Source: a bacterium (lineage in GTDB: Bacteria > Zhuqueibacterota > Zhuqueibacteria > Residuimicrobiales > Krinioviventaceae). Taken from it: a stretch of DNA of 64,000 nucleotides. The stretch lies in the NCBI GenBank assembly GCA_029561455.1, contig JAKQIY010000047.1, forward strand, positions 332-64,331. The letters run 5' to 3'. The translations under genes were made by a program, and so were the position numbers. Below, one piece after another: positions 41,502 through 52,294 of this stretch. Each line of letters begins with the position of its first letter. Position 1 is the stretch's first letter. The notes under the pieces are model-generated. The model was given only the letters and a program-made list of their open reading frames with translations, had not been told where the DNA came from and searched no databases.

Positions 41502-42457
41502 TGATTGGTTTGTTTGTTATGACCGACCAGGTAAAAATACAGTTCCTCGGCACCGGCGCCGCTGTTCCCTCGCTGCGGCGCGGACTGCCTTCTTTGGCAA
41601 TACTGCATGACGGCGGCATTATCCTTTGCGATATTGGCGAAGGCACGCAATTAAATATTTTACGGGCCGGATTACCGCCTTCAAAAATTCATACCATCCT
41701 AATTTCCCACCTGCATGGCGACCATATTTTCGGCCTGCCGGGCTTTTTAACCTCGCAGCAAATGATGGACAGGGTTAATCCCCTCACCATAATCGGTCCC
41801 CCCGGAATCCGGCAATATTATGACCATATTCGCAGCATAGCGGGGTTCGATATTCAATATCCGCTTTATTTTAAAGAATTGACGCAGGAGGAAAATAATT
41901 CCATGCTGGTTGGGCCGTTCCAGGTAACCGCCAAACCGCTGGAGCATCGCACAGTGTGTTATGGGTATCGTTTAAGCGAATCGCCCAAAGCCGGCAAATT
42001 CAATTCACAGGCCGCCGCGGCGCTCGGCATTCCCGAAGGTTCGCAACGCCGGGATTTGCAGCAGGGAATTCCGGTACAGATAAATGGAAAGTTGATCAAG
42101 CCGGAACAGGTGGTCGGGCCGCCTGTGCCCGGCAGGATCATTGCCTACCTCACCGATACCCGGCCCTGCGTTAATGCCCTGGAACTGGCGCGCACCGCCA
42201 CTGCATTGATATTCGACAGCACCTTCTCCGGCGATCACGCCGAACGGGCGCAGCAAACCTTTCACAGCACCTCGGTGCAGGCGGCGGAACTTGCCCGGCA
42301 AGCCGTTGCGGGGCAATTACTGCTTTGGCATATCAGCATTCGCAATGGCGAAGAGATCGAAGCAGCTATGCTGCGCGAAGCCCGGACAATTTTCCCGAAC
42401 ACCCTGATGCCTGCCGATTATGAAACCGTGGAAATTTTTCGTCCGGGCCAACGATGA
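41501..42457 (+). CDS. rnz: Ribonuclease Z
   Basis: FLGTG...PS, DIGEGTQ, HLHGDH, exosite with GP-like segment, TDTRP, HST and HIS motifs. Confidence 0.9.
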   Translation: MIGLFVMTDQVKIQFLGTGAAVPSLRRGLPSLAILHDGGIILCDIGEGTQLNILRAGLPPSKIHTILISHLHGDHIFGLPGFLTSQQMMDRVNPLTIIGPPGIRQYYDHIRSIAGFDIQYPLYFKELTQEENNSMLVGPFQVTAKPLEHRTVCYGYRLSESPKAGKFNSQAAAALGIPEGSQRRDLQQGIPVQINGKLIKPEQVVGPPVPGRIIAYLTDTRPCVNALELARTATALIFDSTFSGDHAERAQQTFHSTSVQAAELARQAVAGQLLLWHISIRNGEEIEAAMLREARTIFPNTLMPADYETVEIFRPGQR

Positions 42458-43344
42458 AGCATAAAAACAAAACTCTGTTTATCCTGGTAATCGGCGTTTT
42501 TTCTATTTCCATATCTTCTATTTTAATAAAACTGTGCACTGCGCCTTCGCTTGTCATCTCTTTTTACCGCATGGCTATTGCCTCGCTTTTTTATCTTGGC
42601 GGCGTGTCGCTTTACCATGGTAATATTTTTAAAACAATAACTAAATCAGATTTCAAGTACATGCTCCTGTCCGGAGTTTTTCTAACATTTCACTTTGTCA
42701 CCTGGATCACTTCATTAAAGTATACCTCGGTTGCCAGTTCAGTTGTGCTGGTGCAAACCTCGCCGGTGTTTGTGGCGCTGGGCAGTTATTTATTTTTTAA
42801 AGAAAAACCCGGATTAGCAGGCGTTAGCGGTATTTTAATTACTATGGCCGGCGGGTTTATCATCAGTCGGTACGACAATGCCGGGCAAAGCGGCGCTTTG
42901 TTCGGCAACGTGCTGGCTGTTTTAGGCGCAATCGGCGCTTCCGGGTATTTTTTGCTGGGACGAAAAATCCGTAAAACTGTGGATATCTTCCGCTATGTGG
43001 CAATCGTGTATAGTGTTTCCACCTTGTTGCTACTGATACTTGTTCTTTTCAAAAATCCCGTTTCGTTATGGGGGTATAGCTGGCAAATGATGGCGCTGCT
43101 GGCGGCAATTGCGCTGGTGCCGCAGGTTATTGGTCATACCAGCATCAACTGGGCGTTAAAGTATTACTCGGCAACGGCGGTAACGATTGTCACGCTGGCG
43201 GAATCGGTGTGCGCCTCGCTCATTGCCTGGCTGTTGTTAAAAGAGCCCCTGCCGGTGTACAAGATCGTTGGCGGCATCATCCTGCTATCCGGAGTGGTAC
43301 TGGTGCTGTATGCGGAGAGCAGAGGCAAACTGGAAAAGAAATGA
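42454..43344 (+). CDS. DMT/EamA family transporter
   Basis: Ten-TM hydrophobic pattern with two EamA repeats (SLKYTSVASSV, GHTSINWAL). Confidence 0.88.
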   Translation: MKHKNKTLFILVIGVFSISISSILIKLCTAPSLVISFYRMAIASLFYLGGVSLYHGNIFKTITKSDFKYMLLSGVFLTFHFVTWITSLKYTSVASSVVLVQTSPVFVALGSYLFFKEKPGLAGVSGILITMAGGFIISRYDNAGQSGALFGNVLAVLGAIGASGYFLLGRKIRKTVDIFRYVAIVYSVSTLLLLILVLFKNPVSLWGYSWQMMALLAAIALVPQVIGHTSINWALKYYSATAVTIVTLAESVCASLIAWLLLKEPLPVYKIVGGIILLSGVVLVLYAESRGKLEKK

Positions 43345-43426
43345 CTTATTTTGAAGCTTGATTTTATTGATATTTGATTCAGTAAATTCTTTATTCACCC
43401 CAAGTAATACCAACCAGGGAGTTTTT

Positions 43427-43840
43427 ATGAAATTCTTCACCCATTATTTGTGGTTCACCACCAAAAATCACCGCGAATACATCAACATTACCGGCGACGT
43501 GGAACAGGCGCTGCAAAAAAGCGGTATTCAGGAAGGCATGGCCCTGGTTTCCGCCATGCACATCACCGCCGCAATCTATGTTAATGATGCGGAATCGGGC
43601 TTGATCCAGGATATCGACGACTGGCTGCAAAAGCTGGCGCCGCAAGGGCCGGATTACCGCCATCATCGCACCGGCGAGAGCAATGGCGATGCGCATTTAA
43701 AAAGTTTGCTCATGCACCATGAAGTCATTCTGCCGGTAACCAACGGCCAACTGGATTTAGGCCCCTGGCAGCAAGTCTATTATGCCGAGTTTGACGGCCA
43801 GCGCCGTAAACGGGTTATCATTAAAATTATGGGTGAATAG
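43427..43840 (+). CDS. yjbQ: YjbQ / UPF0047 family protein
   Basis: [21 protein letters not shown] and EFDG motifs; ATG at 43427 after AGGGAG. Confidence 0.88.
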   Translation: MKFFTHYLWFTTKNHREYINITGDVEQALQKSGIQEGMALVSAMHITAAIYVNDAESGLIQDIDDWLQKLAPQGPDYRHHRTGESNGDAHLKSLLMHHEVILPVTNGQLDLGPWQQVYYAEFDGQRRKRVIIKIMGE

Positions 43841-43860
43841 TAACATGGCGGGGGGTGAAA

Positions 43861-45219
43861 TTATTTACCCTGAATGCCCAACTGGTTCATTTTGCGGTAC
43901 AGGGTGGCTTCGCCAATGCCGAGCGCTTTGGCGGTGTTGCCGCGATGCCAGCGATACTTTTCCAGGTGTTCCAGAATATAGTAGCGTTCAAACTGTTCCA
44001 CAGCAGAGTTGAGATTTTCGGCGCTAACCTGGATTTTACTGCGGCTGCTCACCGGGAAATCGGGCGGCAGGTCGGCAATGGTCAATACCTCGCCGCGGGC
44101 AAAGATCATCAGCCGTTCAATATAATTTTCCAGTTCCCGCACTTCGCCCTGCCATTCCCGCTGCACCAGTTCGTTCAACAGGTCATCATCAAGTTTAACT
44201 ACTTTTTTGTTCATCTGGCGGTTGTATTTTTTTACAAAATGATCGATCAGCAGGGGAATATCGCAGCGCCGCTCGCTGAGCGACGGCAGGTAAATTTCGA
44301 TCACATTCAGTCGGTAATACAAATCTTCCCGGAATCTGCCTTTGGTAATTTGTTCCCGCAAATCCAGGTTGGAGGCGGCAATGATGCGCACATGGATTTT
44401 TTCCGGCACAGTCGAACCGACTGCCAAAACGGTTTTGGTCTCTATCGCGCGCAATAATTTGGCCTGGGCGGCCATTGAGAGCTCGCCGATCTCGTCCAGG
44501 AACAGGGTACCGCGATCTGCCGCTTTAAAGAGCCCGGGTTGATCGCCGACCGCGCCGGTGAATGACCCTTTTTTGTGGCCAAACAGTTCGCTTTCGATGA
44601 GCGTTTCGGTGATAGCGCCGCAATTTACGGCTACAAATCGTCCCAGCCGGTGCCGGCTGTTAAAATGGATGGCTTTGGCGACCAGTTCCTTACCGGTGCC
44701 GCTTTTACCGCCGATGAGCACATTACTTTCACTGTCCGATACTTTGCGGATGGTTTCGAACACTCTTTTTATAGCCGGACTTTTACCGATGATATTGGTA
44801 AAATCATAGTTGGCGTTCACTTCCTGGCGCAGCGCCTGGTTTTCATACACCAGTTCCTTGTGCTCGACCAGCTTGTATACTTTATGCGCGACATCCTCAA
44901 AATTGAGCGGTTTAAGCAGGTAATCGTATGCTCCCTTACGCAGCGCTTCAACGGCTGTTTCTATTGAAGCGTAAGCGGTAATAATGATAAACGAAACTTT
45001 TACCGGCAACAACGCTGCCTTTTCCAGCAATTCCATACCGTTCATCACCGGCATTTCCAGATCGGTTATAACGACATCAAACTCGTTGGTTTTGATCTGT
45101 TCCAGGGCTTCAGCGCCGTTGGCGGCCTGGCGACAGACAAACCCGCGGTTATTCAACACAGCGATCAGGCTTTCCCTGGTTATGTCGTCATCATCGACGA
45201 CCAGCACATGGATTGCCAT
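43861..45219 (-). CDS. Sigma-54-dependent response regulator (NtrC/AtoC family)
   Basis: REC domain, GKSGTGKE, ESELFGH, GSFTGA, FLDEIG, REDLYYRLNV and Fis-type HTH. Confidence 0.95.
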   Translation of the reverse strand: MAIHVLVVDDDDITRESLIAVLNNRGFVCRQAANGAEALEQIKTNEFDVVITDLEMPVMNGMELLEKAALLPVKVSFIIITAYASIETAVEALRKGAYDYLLKPLNFEDVAHKVYKLVEHKELVYENQALRQEVNANYDFTNIIGKSPAIKRVFETIRKVSDSESNVLIGGKSGTGKELVAKAIHFNSRHRLGRFVAVNCGAITETLIESELFGHKKGSFTGAVGDQPGLFKAADRGTLFLDEIGELSMAAQAKLLRAIETKTVLAVGSTVPEKIHVRIIAASNLDLREQITKGRFREDLYYRLNVIEIYLPSLSERRCDIPLLIDHFVKKYNRQMNKKVVKLDDDLLNELVQREWQGEVRELENYIERLMIFARGEVLTIADLPPDFPVSSRSKIQVSAENLNSAVEQFERYYILEHLEKYRWHRGNTAKALGIGEATLYRKMNQLGIQGK

Positions 45220-47103
45220 TTACTTGTCCTTTTTATATTGCGGTAAGGCAATGGTAAAAGTGGAATATTCCCCTTGCCGGCTATCCACGCTGATGGTGCC
45301 GTTAAAACTGGAAATAATATTGTAACTGACCCATAATCCCAGGCCGGTGCCTTTACCTTTAGCTTTGGTAGTATAAAACGGTTCAAAGATATGCGCAATT
45401 TTATCTTCAGGAATGCCGGAGCCGTTGTCGGTAATTGAAGTATAAACTTTTTCCGCATCGAACCAGGTTTTAATAATCAACGTGCCGTTCTGCACATTTT
45501 CCATCGCGTCGGCGGCGTTCAGGCAGATATTGATGAAAACCTGTAACACCTGATCAAAGCTGGCGGTAACCAGGGGGATTTTGGGTTCCAGTACGGTTTC
45601 GATATTTTGATGTTTCAGTCGTTTATCATACTTTATTATACGGATGACATGTTCGATGACACTGTTCAGGTAGATCATTTCGACATTATGCGCAATCGGC
45701 TTGGAAAAATCCACCAGGGTTTTGACGGTACGCGATATACGGTCGATATTTTGACGGATGAGAGTGATCTTGTCCTTGACATCCTCGTCATCTACTTTAA
45801 AGCTGAGCAACTGGGTGAGGGAAGATATGGAATTTAACGGTGAGCCGACTTCATGGGCAATACCGGCTGCCAGGGTGCCGACGGCGGACAGTTTTTCGGA
45901 CTGGATGAGTTGCTGGCGAAGTTGTTCCTGCTGGGTCATATCCCGCGCTATAACGCTGCTGCCGATATATTCACCGCGGTCGTTTAAAATTGCGGTACGG
46001 CTAATATCGATGACGATCTTGCGCCCATCGCGGGTCAAACGGTGAGAGCGCAAGTTGCGGACAAAGCCTTTTTCGCGGACTATTTGGTTGATATTTTCAA
46101 TTTCTTCCTGTGATTGGGGATCATCAGGCACGATGAGGCTGATGGTTTTACCAATCACTTCTTCTTCCGGCCAGCCATATAATAGTTCGGCGGCGTTGTT
46201 CCACATAACGATCCGGTCATTTTCGTTGAGAATGATGATAGCGTCGGCGGCGTCGTTGAGTATATTTTCAAAGTACTGCTCGTAGCGTTTCAGGGTTAGC
46301 TGCCCTTTGATATGCTCGGTCACGTCATGGCTGAGCACGGAAACGCCGATAGGCCGGTCATTTTCATCACGTAACGGGGCAATTTTATAATTAATGATCC
46401 GTTCTTCGCGCTTGCCAATCTTGTGTTTCACTTCAAACAGATCGGCTTCGCGGTTTTCTTCCACCGCCTGCATGATTGCTATATACAGTTTTTTTTCTTT
46501 TTTAAAAAACGGCAGAATTGTGAGCAGATTCTGACCCAGAGCTTCGCGCGTTGTTATATGGTACATTTTATCCAGCCCGGCGCTCCAGTGGATAAAATTA
46601 AGGTTTTTATCCAGCATGAACAGACCAACCCCGGCAAAATCGAGGGACAGCATGCCCTTTTCCAGGGCGCGGGTATAATTTTTAGGCAGTTGTTCGACTT
46701 TGGCCGCCGACCTGGCTTTGAATTGCACGCTGATTGTTTGGATGAGCGGTTCGTAAAGATCATTGATTTGCCCAAAGGCGTTGAGACTGTTATAGTTTTG
46801 CGAATGTTCTTTGGCGATGAACGACAGAATGATGTAGCGACTGACCAGCAGGGAATTGACGATCAGCTTGGGCGCTTCATTAAGCGCCAGGTAAAAGGTG
46901 TTGATTATTTTTTCCACATGCTTTATAATGACTTCCACATCAAATTCAGCCAGGTAATCAACCAGCAATTCTTTGAGCGCATAAACCAGCCGGCGCAGCC
47001 GCTCTTCCTCCCAGTTCGGAAACAACTGTTTGACACGGGTTTCCCATTCCGCAATAATTTCCGGTTCTTTGATTTCTAAAATATGTAAAATTTCTCTAGT
47101 CAA
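45220..47103 (-). CDS. Cytoplasmic PAS-PAS sensor histidine kinase
   Basis: Helical N-domain, two PAS domains, AHEVGSPL H-box, NAADAM, DNGSG and GTGLGL; no obvious TM segments. Confidence 0.92.
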   Translation of the reverse strand: MTREILHILEIKEPEIIAEWETRVKQLFPNWEEERLRRLVYALKELLVDYLAEFDVEVIIKHVEKIINTFYLALNEAPKLIVNSLLVSRYIILSFIAKEHSQNYNSLNAFGQINDLYEPLIQTISVQFKARSAAKVEQLPKNYTRALEKGMLSLDFAGVGLFMLDKNLNFIHWSAGLDKMYHITTREALGQNLLTILPFFKKEKKLYIAIMQAVEENREADLFEVKHKIGKREERIINYKIAPLRDENDRPIGVSVLSHDVTEHIKGQLTLKRYEQYFENILNDAADAIIILNENDRIVMWNNAAELLYGWPEEEVIGKTISLIVPDDPQSQEEIENINQIVREKGFVRNLRSHRLTRDGRKIVIDISRTAILNDRGEYIGSSVIARDMTQQEQLRQQLIQSEKLSAVGTLAAGIAHEVGSPLNSISSLTQLLSFKVDDEDVKDKITLIRQNIDRISRTVKTLVDFSKPIAHNVEMIYLNSVIEHVIRIIKYDKRLKHQNIETVLEPKIPLVTASFDQVLQVFINICLNAADAMENVQNGTLIIKTWFDAEKVYTSITDNGSGIPEDKIAHIFEPFYTTKAKGKGTGLGLWVSYNIISSFNGTISVDSRQGEYSTFTIALPQYKKDK

Positions 47104-47444
47104 TTACAATCCTATGTTTATCAACAATACAACGCCAATTCCCGTATAGAGATTCCTGAATTCGGCGGTAAACGATCATTTTCATTTTCTGGCTGGTTAC
47201 CCGGCAGGATAACTCTATATAATGCAGACCTGTCATATCTTTCCTTTTCCCTATATAAATTAAACAAAAAACACCAGAAATCAAATGATAAAAAATGTGC
47301 AAACAGATGAAATCGAGCCGGTTTACTTTTAATCGTATTTGTTAATGATTATTCTATATTTGCCTGTTGCTTTTTTGAATATACTTTAATATTATAACTT
47401 TTAACTTTATTGAATAACCCTTAATATGAGCAAGGCAGGTTCAC

Positions 47445-48839
47445 ATGATCTTTAAAAGAATAATTTTCGCCTGGTTTTTATGCTTAATACTTACCGGATT
47501 TTCCATGGCTGTAGAAAAACCCCGGGTAATTGTTTTGACTGATATTTCCAATGAGCCGGACGATGAAGAATCGATGGTGCGATTCCTGGTTTATGCCAAT
47601 GAGTATGATGTCGAAGGGCTGATAGCTACCACCTCGGCGTGGCTGCGCGATACCACCCGGCTCGATCTCATTCAAAGGCAGATCGATGCTTATGGCCTGG
47701 TGCGTGATAATTTGTTAAAACATGCCCCCGGTTACCCGACTGTTGACCATTTACTAACGGTTGCTAAAAGCGGGCAGACCGGTTTTGGGATGAGCGATGT
47801 TGGCTTTGGCAAGAGTACGTTCGGCTCGAACCATATTATTAGCATGATTGATCGACCAGATGACCGTCCGGTGTGGATTTGCTGTTGGGGAGGGACGAAC
47901 ACCCTGGCCCAGGCGATGTGGGATGTCAAATACACGCGCACCCCGCGCGAGTTGGCGCAATTTATCGCTAAACTTCGCGTCTATACCATATCCGACCAGG
48001 ATGATGCCGGGCGCTGGCTGCGCATTACTTTTCCCGATCTTTATTATATTGTCTCACCCAGTAATGTGGATTGGACCGAGTATTACAAAGCAACATGGAC
48101 CGGTATTTCCGGCGACCGGAATTATAAAAACGGCCCAGGCCATTATTTTGAACTCGTTGATAATCCCTGGCTTACGGAAAACATCATACAAAATCATGGC
48201 CCTCTCGGCGCCTTGTATCCGCCCCTGGCTTATATTATGGAAGGCGACTCTCCTTCTTTTTTGAATCTGATCGATAACGGCCTCGGCAGTTCTATCAGTC
48301 CCACTTATGGAGGTTGGGGCGGACGTTATGAACTGATGCAGAGTTATGCGGAAACCCGGCCGATATACACCAACAGCCGCGATACGTTCCGGGCTGCCGA
48401 TGGATTACACTATACCAGCACCCAGGCGACTATATGGCGCTGGCGCACCGCCTATCAATACGATTTTGCCGCGCGCATGGACTGGTGTGTGGCGCAGGAT
48501 TTTAAAGACGCCAACCATAATCCTATTGCCGTGTTGAATACATGCACCGGTAAGGATATTGTGGAAATGACGGTAACCTCGGGCGGTCAGGTTGAGTTTT
48601 CCGCAGAAGGTTCAACTGACCCGGATGGGAACAAATTGACTATCGCCTGGTTTCAATACCCGGAAGCGGGAACCTGGCCCGGCGTTATTCAACTGAAAAG
48701 TACGGATAAAATGGCTACCGGTTTTGTTGCGCCGGTTGTTGATGAAAAACAAACCATCCACATTATTTTGCAAGTGCGGGACGACGGCACTCCCAATCTT
48801 ACCGCTTACCGGCGGGCAATTGTTACTGTTATACCCTGA
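47445..48839 (+). CDS. Secreted DUF1593 (nucleoside hydrolase-like) protein with C-terminal Ig-like domain
   Basis: Signal peptide; LTDISNEPDDEESMVRFL, WGGTNTLAQA, MEGDSPSF, GGWGGRY and FAARMDW motifs. Confidence 0.85.
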   Translation: MIFKRIIFAWFLCLILTGFSMAVEKPRVIVLTDISNEPDDEESMVRFLVYANEYDVEGLIATTSAWLRDTTRLDLIQRQIDAYGLVRDNLLKHAPGYPTVDHLLTVAKSGQTGFGMSDVGFGKSTFGSNHIISMIDRPDDRPVWICCWGGTNTLAQAMWDVKYTRTPRELAQFIAKLRVYTISDQDDAGRWLRITFPDLYYIVSPSNVDWTEYYKATWTGISGDRNYKNGPGHYFELVDNPWLTENIIQNHGPLGALYPPLAYIMEGDSPSFLNLIDNGLGSSISPTYGGWGGRYELMQSYAETRPIYTNSRDTFRAADGLHYTSTQATIWRWRTAYQYDFAARMDWCVAQDFKDANHNPIAVLNTCTGKDIVEMTVTSGGQVEFSAEGSTDPDGNKLTIAWFQYPEAGTWPGVIQLKSTDKMATGFVAPVVDEKQTIHIILQVRDDGTPNLTAYRRAIVTVIP

Positions 48840-48873
48840 CCGGGCTGCCGGCCAGGTATGAATAATTGAAGGA

Positions 48874-49776
48874 ATGAATTTTATGACTCGCAATTACGGA
48901 CTGGAATTTTACAAACGGACTTTAATTTCTTTTCTGTTACTGCTATGTTGCTGCTCGTCAAGCACTGAACCGAAAAAAACTGATCCTGATGACCCCGACC
49001 CCGTGATCGAAAAAGCCTATACTTTTACTTTACCGGATACAGTCATTGATCTGCCGGATCGGCTGAAAGAGATTTCGGGATTGACCACACTGGACAACTC
49101 TCAACTCGGCGCGGTGCATGATGAGATGGGTAATTTCTATATCATCAATATCGTTACCGGCAATATCGATAAAAAAACTGTTGGCGAAGCAGGGGATTTT
49201 GAAGGCATAGCCAATATCGACACCACCATCTTTATCCTGCGCAGCAACGGCACATTGTTGAAAATCAGCAACTGGAAAACGGAGACGTTTACCCCGGAGG
49301 TTATCGAAACCCCCCTGAAAGCCAAAAATAACTGCGAGGGCCTGGCTTTTGATTCCACCCGCAACCGCCTGCTCATTGCCTGCAAGGAAGAACCCGGCAA
49401 TGGTTTGCAGGATGTACGCGCTATTTATGCTTATGACCTGACCCAAAACCGGTTTGTTGACGCGCCGGTTTACACCATTCCACTAACCAGGGACGGCGCC
49501 GCTTTACCGGATTTCCGACCCTCTTCTCTTGCCATTCACCCGGTGACCGGCAAGCTATTTATACTGTCTTCTAAAGAGAAATCAGTACTGGTTCTGGATA
49601 ACGACAATACAATTCTGGCACAATACACGTTGCCGGATTCGTTGTATGAACGACCGGAGGGCATCACCTTTTTGGATAACGGCGATATGTTCATCAGCAA
49701 TGAAAAGGGCTTTACGGATAGCGCAACGCTGGTGCGGTTGAATTATAAAGAAAACATGACGCCCCCTGAGGAATAA
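48874..49776 (+). CDS. SdiA-regulated (YjiK-like) beta-propeller lipoprotein
   Basis: Lipobox-like LLLLCC; LKEISGL, DFEGI, CEGLAFD and PEGITF...ISNE motifs. Confidence 0.75.
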   Translation: MNFMTRNYGLEFYKRTLISFLLLLCCCSSSTEPKKTDPDDPDPVIEKAYTFTLPDTVIDLPDRLKEISGLTTLDNSQLGAVHDEMGNFYIINIVTGNIDKKTVGEAGDFEGIANIDTTIFILRSNGTLLKISNWKTETFTPEVIETPLKAKNNCEGLAFDSTRNRLLIACKEEPGNGLQDVRAIYAYDLTQNRFVDAPVYTIPLTRDGAALPDFRPSSLAIHPVTGKLFILSSKEKSVLVLDNDNTILAQYTLPDSLYERPEGITFLDNGDMFISNEKGFTDSATLVRLNYKENMTPPEE

Positions 49777-49873
49777 ATTTGCATCGAGCGGATAGTGAAC
49801 CGTGACACGCATGAATCTTACAATCTCTTAAAAATCTGCAAATGTCATCATTCATTATGTGAAGGAGAGTATA

Positions 49874-52279
49874 ATGAAGTGTAATAAAGGTCTGGTCGTA
49901 ATAATCTTTATATCAGTAGTTACTCTTTTTTTGTCCTCCGGGTTTGCAAAACAGGCAGATCAACCCCGCCAGGTTATCAAATTTGATTATAACTGGAAAT
50001 TCATGCTCGGCGATTCTGCCGATGCCGGGGAGGTCGGTTTTAATGACGCTAACTGGCGCGATCTGACCTTGCCGCATGACTGGAGTATTGAGCAGCCGTT
50101 TGATAAAAATCCCCGCCTGGGCAGTAATGCCTTTTTACCCGGCGGCATTGGCTGGTATCGCAAACATTTTACAGTTCCCGAAAATTATAAGAATAAAAAG
50201 GTAACCATTCGTTTTGACGGCGTATACCACCGCAGCGACGTTTATATTAACGGCCGGCATGTCGGCTACCGGCCGTATGGCTTTGTCGGTTTTGAGTACG
50301 ACCTGACTCCATACCTGAAAATTGGCGGGGAAAATGTACTGGCTGTACGGGTTAATCACTCCGATGCTCCCACTGCCCGCTGGTATTCCGGTTCCGGTAT
50401 TTACCGGCATGTATGGCTGATCGTTACCTCTCCTGTGTATGTTGCCCAATGGGGAACGTATATCACCACCGGCGATATTACCGATCAATCTGCAACTGTA
50501 ACTATGACCACCTCTATAAAAAATGACCTTGCAAGCGTTAAAAAGATCAGGGTGATCTCTACAATCATTGACCCCAACCACCAGGAAGCGGGTAAAATCA
50601 GCAGGGAAACGGAACTGCCTGCACAGGGAGCGCAGGACGTAGCACAAACGCTTGCTGTTGCCAGGCCCATGTTGTGGTCGCTGCAGCAGCCGTACTTGTA
50701 TACCCTCCGTACCGAGGTCATCGACGCGCAAAACGGTAAATCCCTGGATGAATATACAACGCCTTTCGGTATCCGCGAAATTCGTTATGATGCAGATAAA
50801 GGGTTCTTCCTTAATGGCGTTAACCTGAAAATGCAGGGAGTTTGTATGCACCAGGACGTCGCCTGCCTGGGGGTAGCGGTTCCGGAACGGGCGTGGCTCA
50901 GACGCCTGCAGGCGCTAAAAGAACTGGGCTGCAACGCCATCCGTATGAGCCATAATCCGCCCGCACCGGAACTACTGGATCTGTGCGATAAAATGGGTTT
51001 CCTGGTCATCGATGAAGCGTTCGATAAATGGAAGACCATGTACTATGCGGAATTTTTTAATGACTGGTGGGAAAAAGACCTGAACACGATGCTGCAACGC
51101 GACCGCAATCATCCCTCGGTCATTATGTGGAGTTTGGGTAACGAGGTTTTTGAACAGGGCAAGCCGGATGGCGCGGCAATATTGACAATGCTGCGGGATC
51201 ATGTCCATAAATACGAACCGACCCGCCCGGTTACAGTTGCCTTGTATCCCAACGCGGCCGGCGACCGCGGCGGGACGAAAAATGCGTTTGCGCCGTTAAT
51301 GGACATAGTTGGTTACAATTACGCGGAACAGTGGTTCGAAGCGGATCGGCAGGATTACCCGCAGCGCATTATCTATAGCGCCGAGGCGTTCCCGTATTTC
51401 CGCGGCACGCAGCAAGTGAACAAGGCTTACGACACGCTCAATCCCTGGTACGCCGTACCTGAACATGATTATGTGATCGGTCAGTTTATTTGGGCCGGGT
51501 TCGATTACCTGGGCGAGAGCAGCGGCTGGCCAAGCAAAGGCTGGCCAACGTGCCCGATCAATACCTGCGGATGGTTAAAAGCCAATTCGTTCTTTCATCA
51601 AACCGTGTGGAAAAAGCAACCGCAGGTGTACATTGCCGTGCTGAACGATGCGTTGGATATCGATCCCGGCAAACCGCACTGGAACTGGCCCAAGAGCGCG
51701 GCGCACTGGAATTTTAGCGATTGCGCCGGCGAGGTGCTGCGCGTGGAAACGCCGACCAACTGCGAAACAGTGCAACTGTTTTTAAACGGCGAGAACCTGG
51801 GTATCCGCCGCGCTGCAGATTTTCCGAATTCCACCATCCAGTGGCATGTTGCCTGGAAACCGGGCACCCTGACTGCCATTGCCAGAAATGGCGACGTTAG
51901 CGCCGATAGCTGTACCTTGCAGACTGCCGGAACCCCGGCAAAAATTTTGTTAACCCCGGATTGTACCACCCTGGCGGCGGATGGGCAGGATATTGCCCAT
52001 ATCGAGTTATCTTTGCTCGACGCTAAAGGGATACTTGTCCCTGACGCCGACCGCACTATAACATTTCATGTGGAAGGTGAAGGCAGCCTGGCCGGGGTGG
52101 ATAATGGTGACCTGCGCTGCAATGAATCATATCAAAATCCCGCGCGCCAGACCTATTGGGGGCGCTGTCTGGCGATTGTCCGCTCCACCCGCAAACCCGG
52201 ATCGATATGGATTACTGCCGAAACGGCAGATTTACCACCGGCAACAATGGAAATTAAAACCACCTTATTTGACCAATAA
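49874..52279 (+). CDS. Secreted glycoside hydrolase family 2 (beta-galactosidase-like)
   Basis: LPHDWSI, GIGWYRK, WYSGSGIYRHV, RMSHNP, RDRNHPSVIMWSLGNE and WAGFDYLGE motifs. Confidence 0.92.
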   Translation: MKCNKGLVVIIFISVVTLFLSSGFAKQADQPRQVIKFDYNWKFMLGDSADAGEVGFNDANWRDLTLPHDWSIEQPFDKNPRLGSNAFLPGGIGWYRKHFTVPENYKNKKVTIRFDGVYHRSDVYINGRHVGYRPYGFVGFEYDLTPYLKIGGENVLAVRVNHSDAPTARWYSGSGIYRHVWLIVTSPVYVAQWGTYITTGDITDQSATVTMTTSIKNDLASVKKIRVISTIIDPNHQEAGKISRETELPAQGAQDVAQTLAVARPMLWSLQQPYLYTLRTEVIDAQNGKSLDEYTTPFGIREIRYDADKGFFLNGVNLKMQGVCMHQDVACLGVAVPERAWLRRLQALKELGCNAIRMSHNPPAPELLDLCDKMGFLVIDEAFDKWKTMYYAEFFNDWWEKDLNTMLQRDRNHPSVIMWSLGNEVFEQGKPDGAAILTMLRDHVHKYEPTRPVTVALYPNAAGDRGGTKNAFAPLMDIVGYNYAEQWFEADRQDYPQRIIYSAEAFPYFRGTQQVNKAYDTLNPWYAVPEHDYVIGQFIWAGFDYLGESSGWPSKGWPTCPINTCGWLKANSFFHQTVWKKQPQVYIAVLNDALDIDPGKPHWNWPKSAAHWNFSDCAGEVLRVETPTNCETVQLFLNGENLGIRRAADFPNSTIQWHVAWKPGTLTAIARNGDVSADSCTLQTAGTPAKILLTPDCTTLAADGQDIAHIELSLLDAKGILVPDADRTITFHVEGEGSLAGVDNGDLRCNESYQNPARQTYWGRCLAIVRSTRKPGSIWITAETADLPPATMEIKTTLFDQ

Positions 52280-52294
52280 AAAACGGAGACTCGA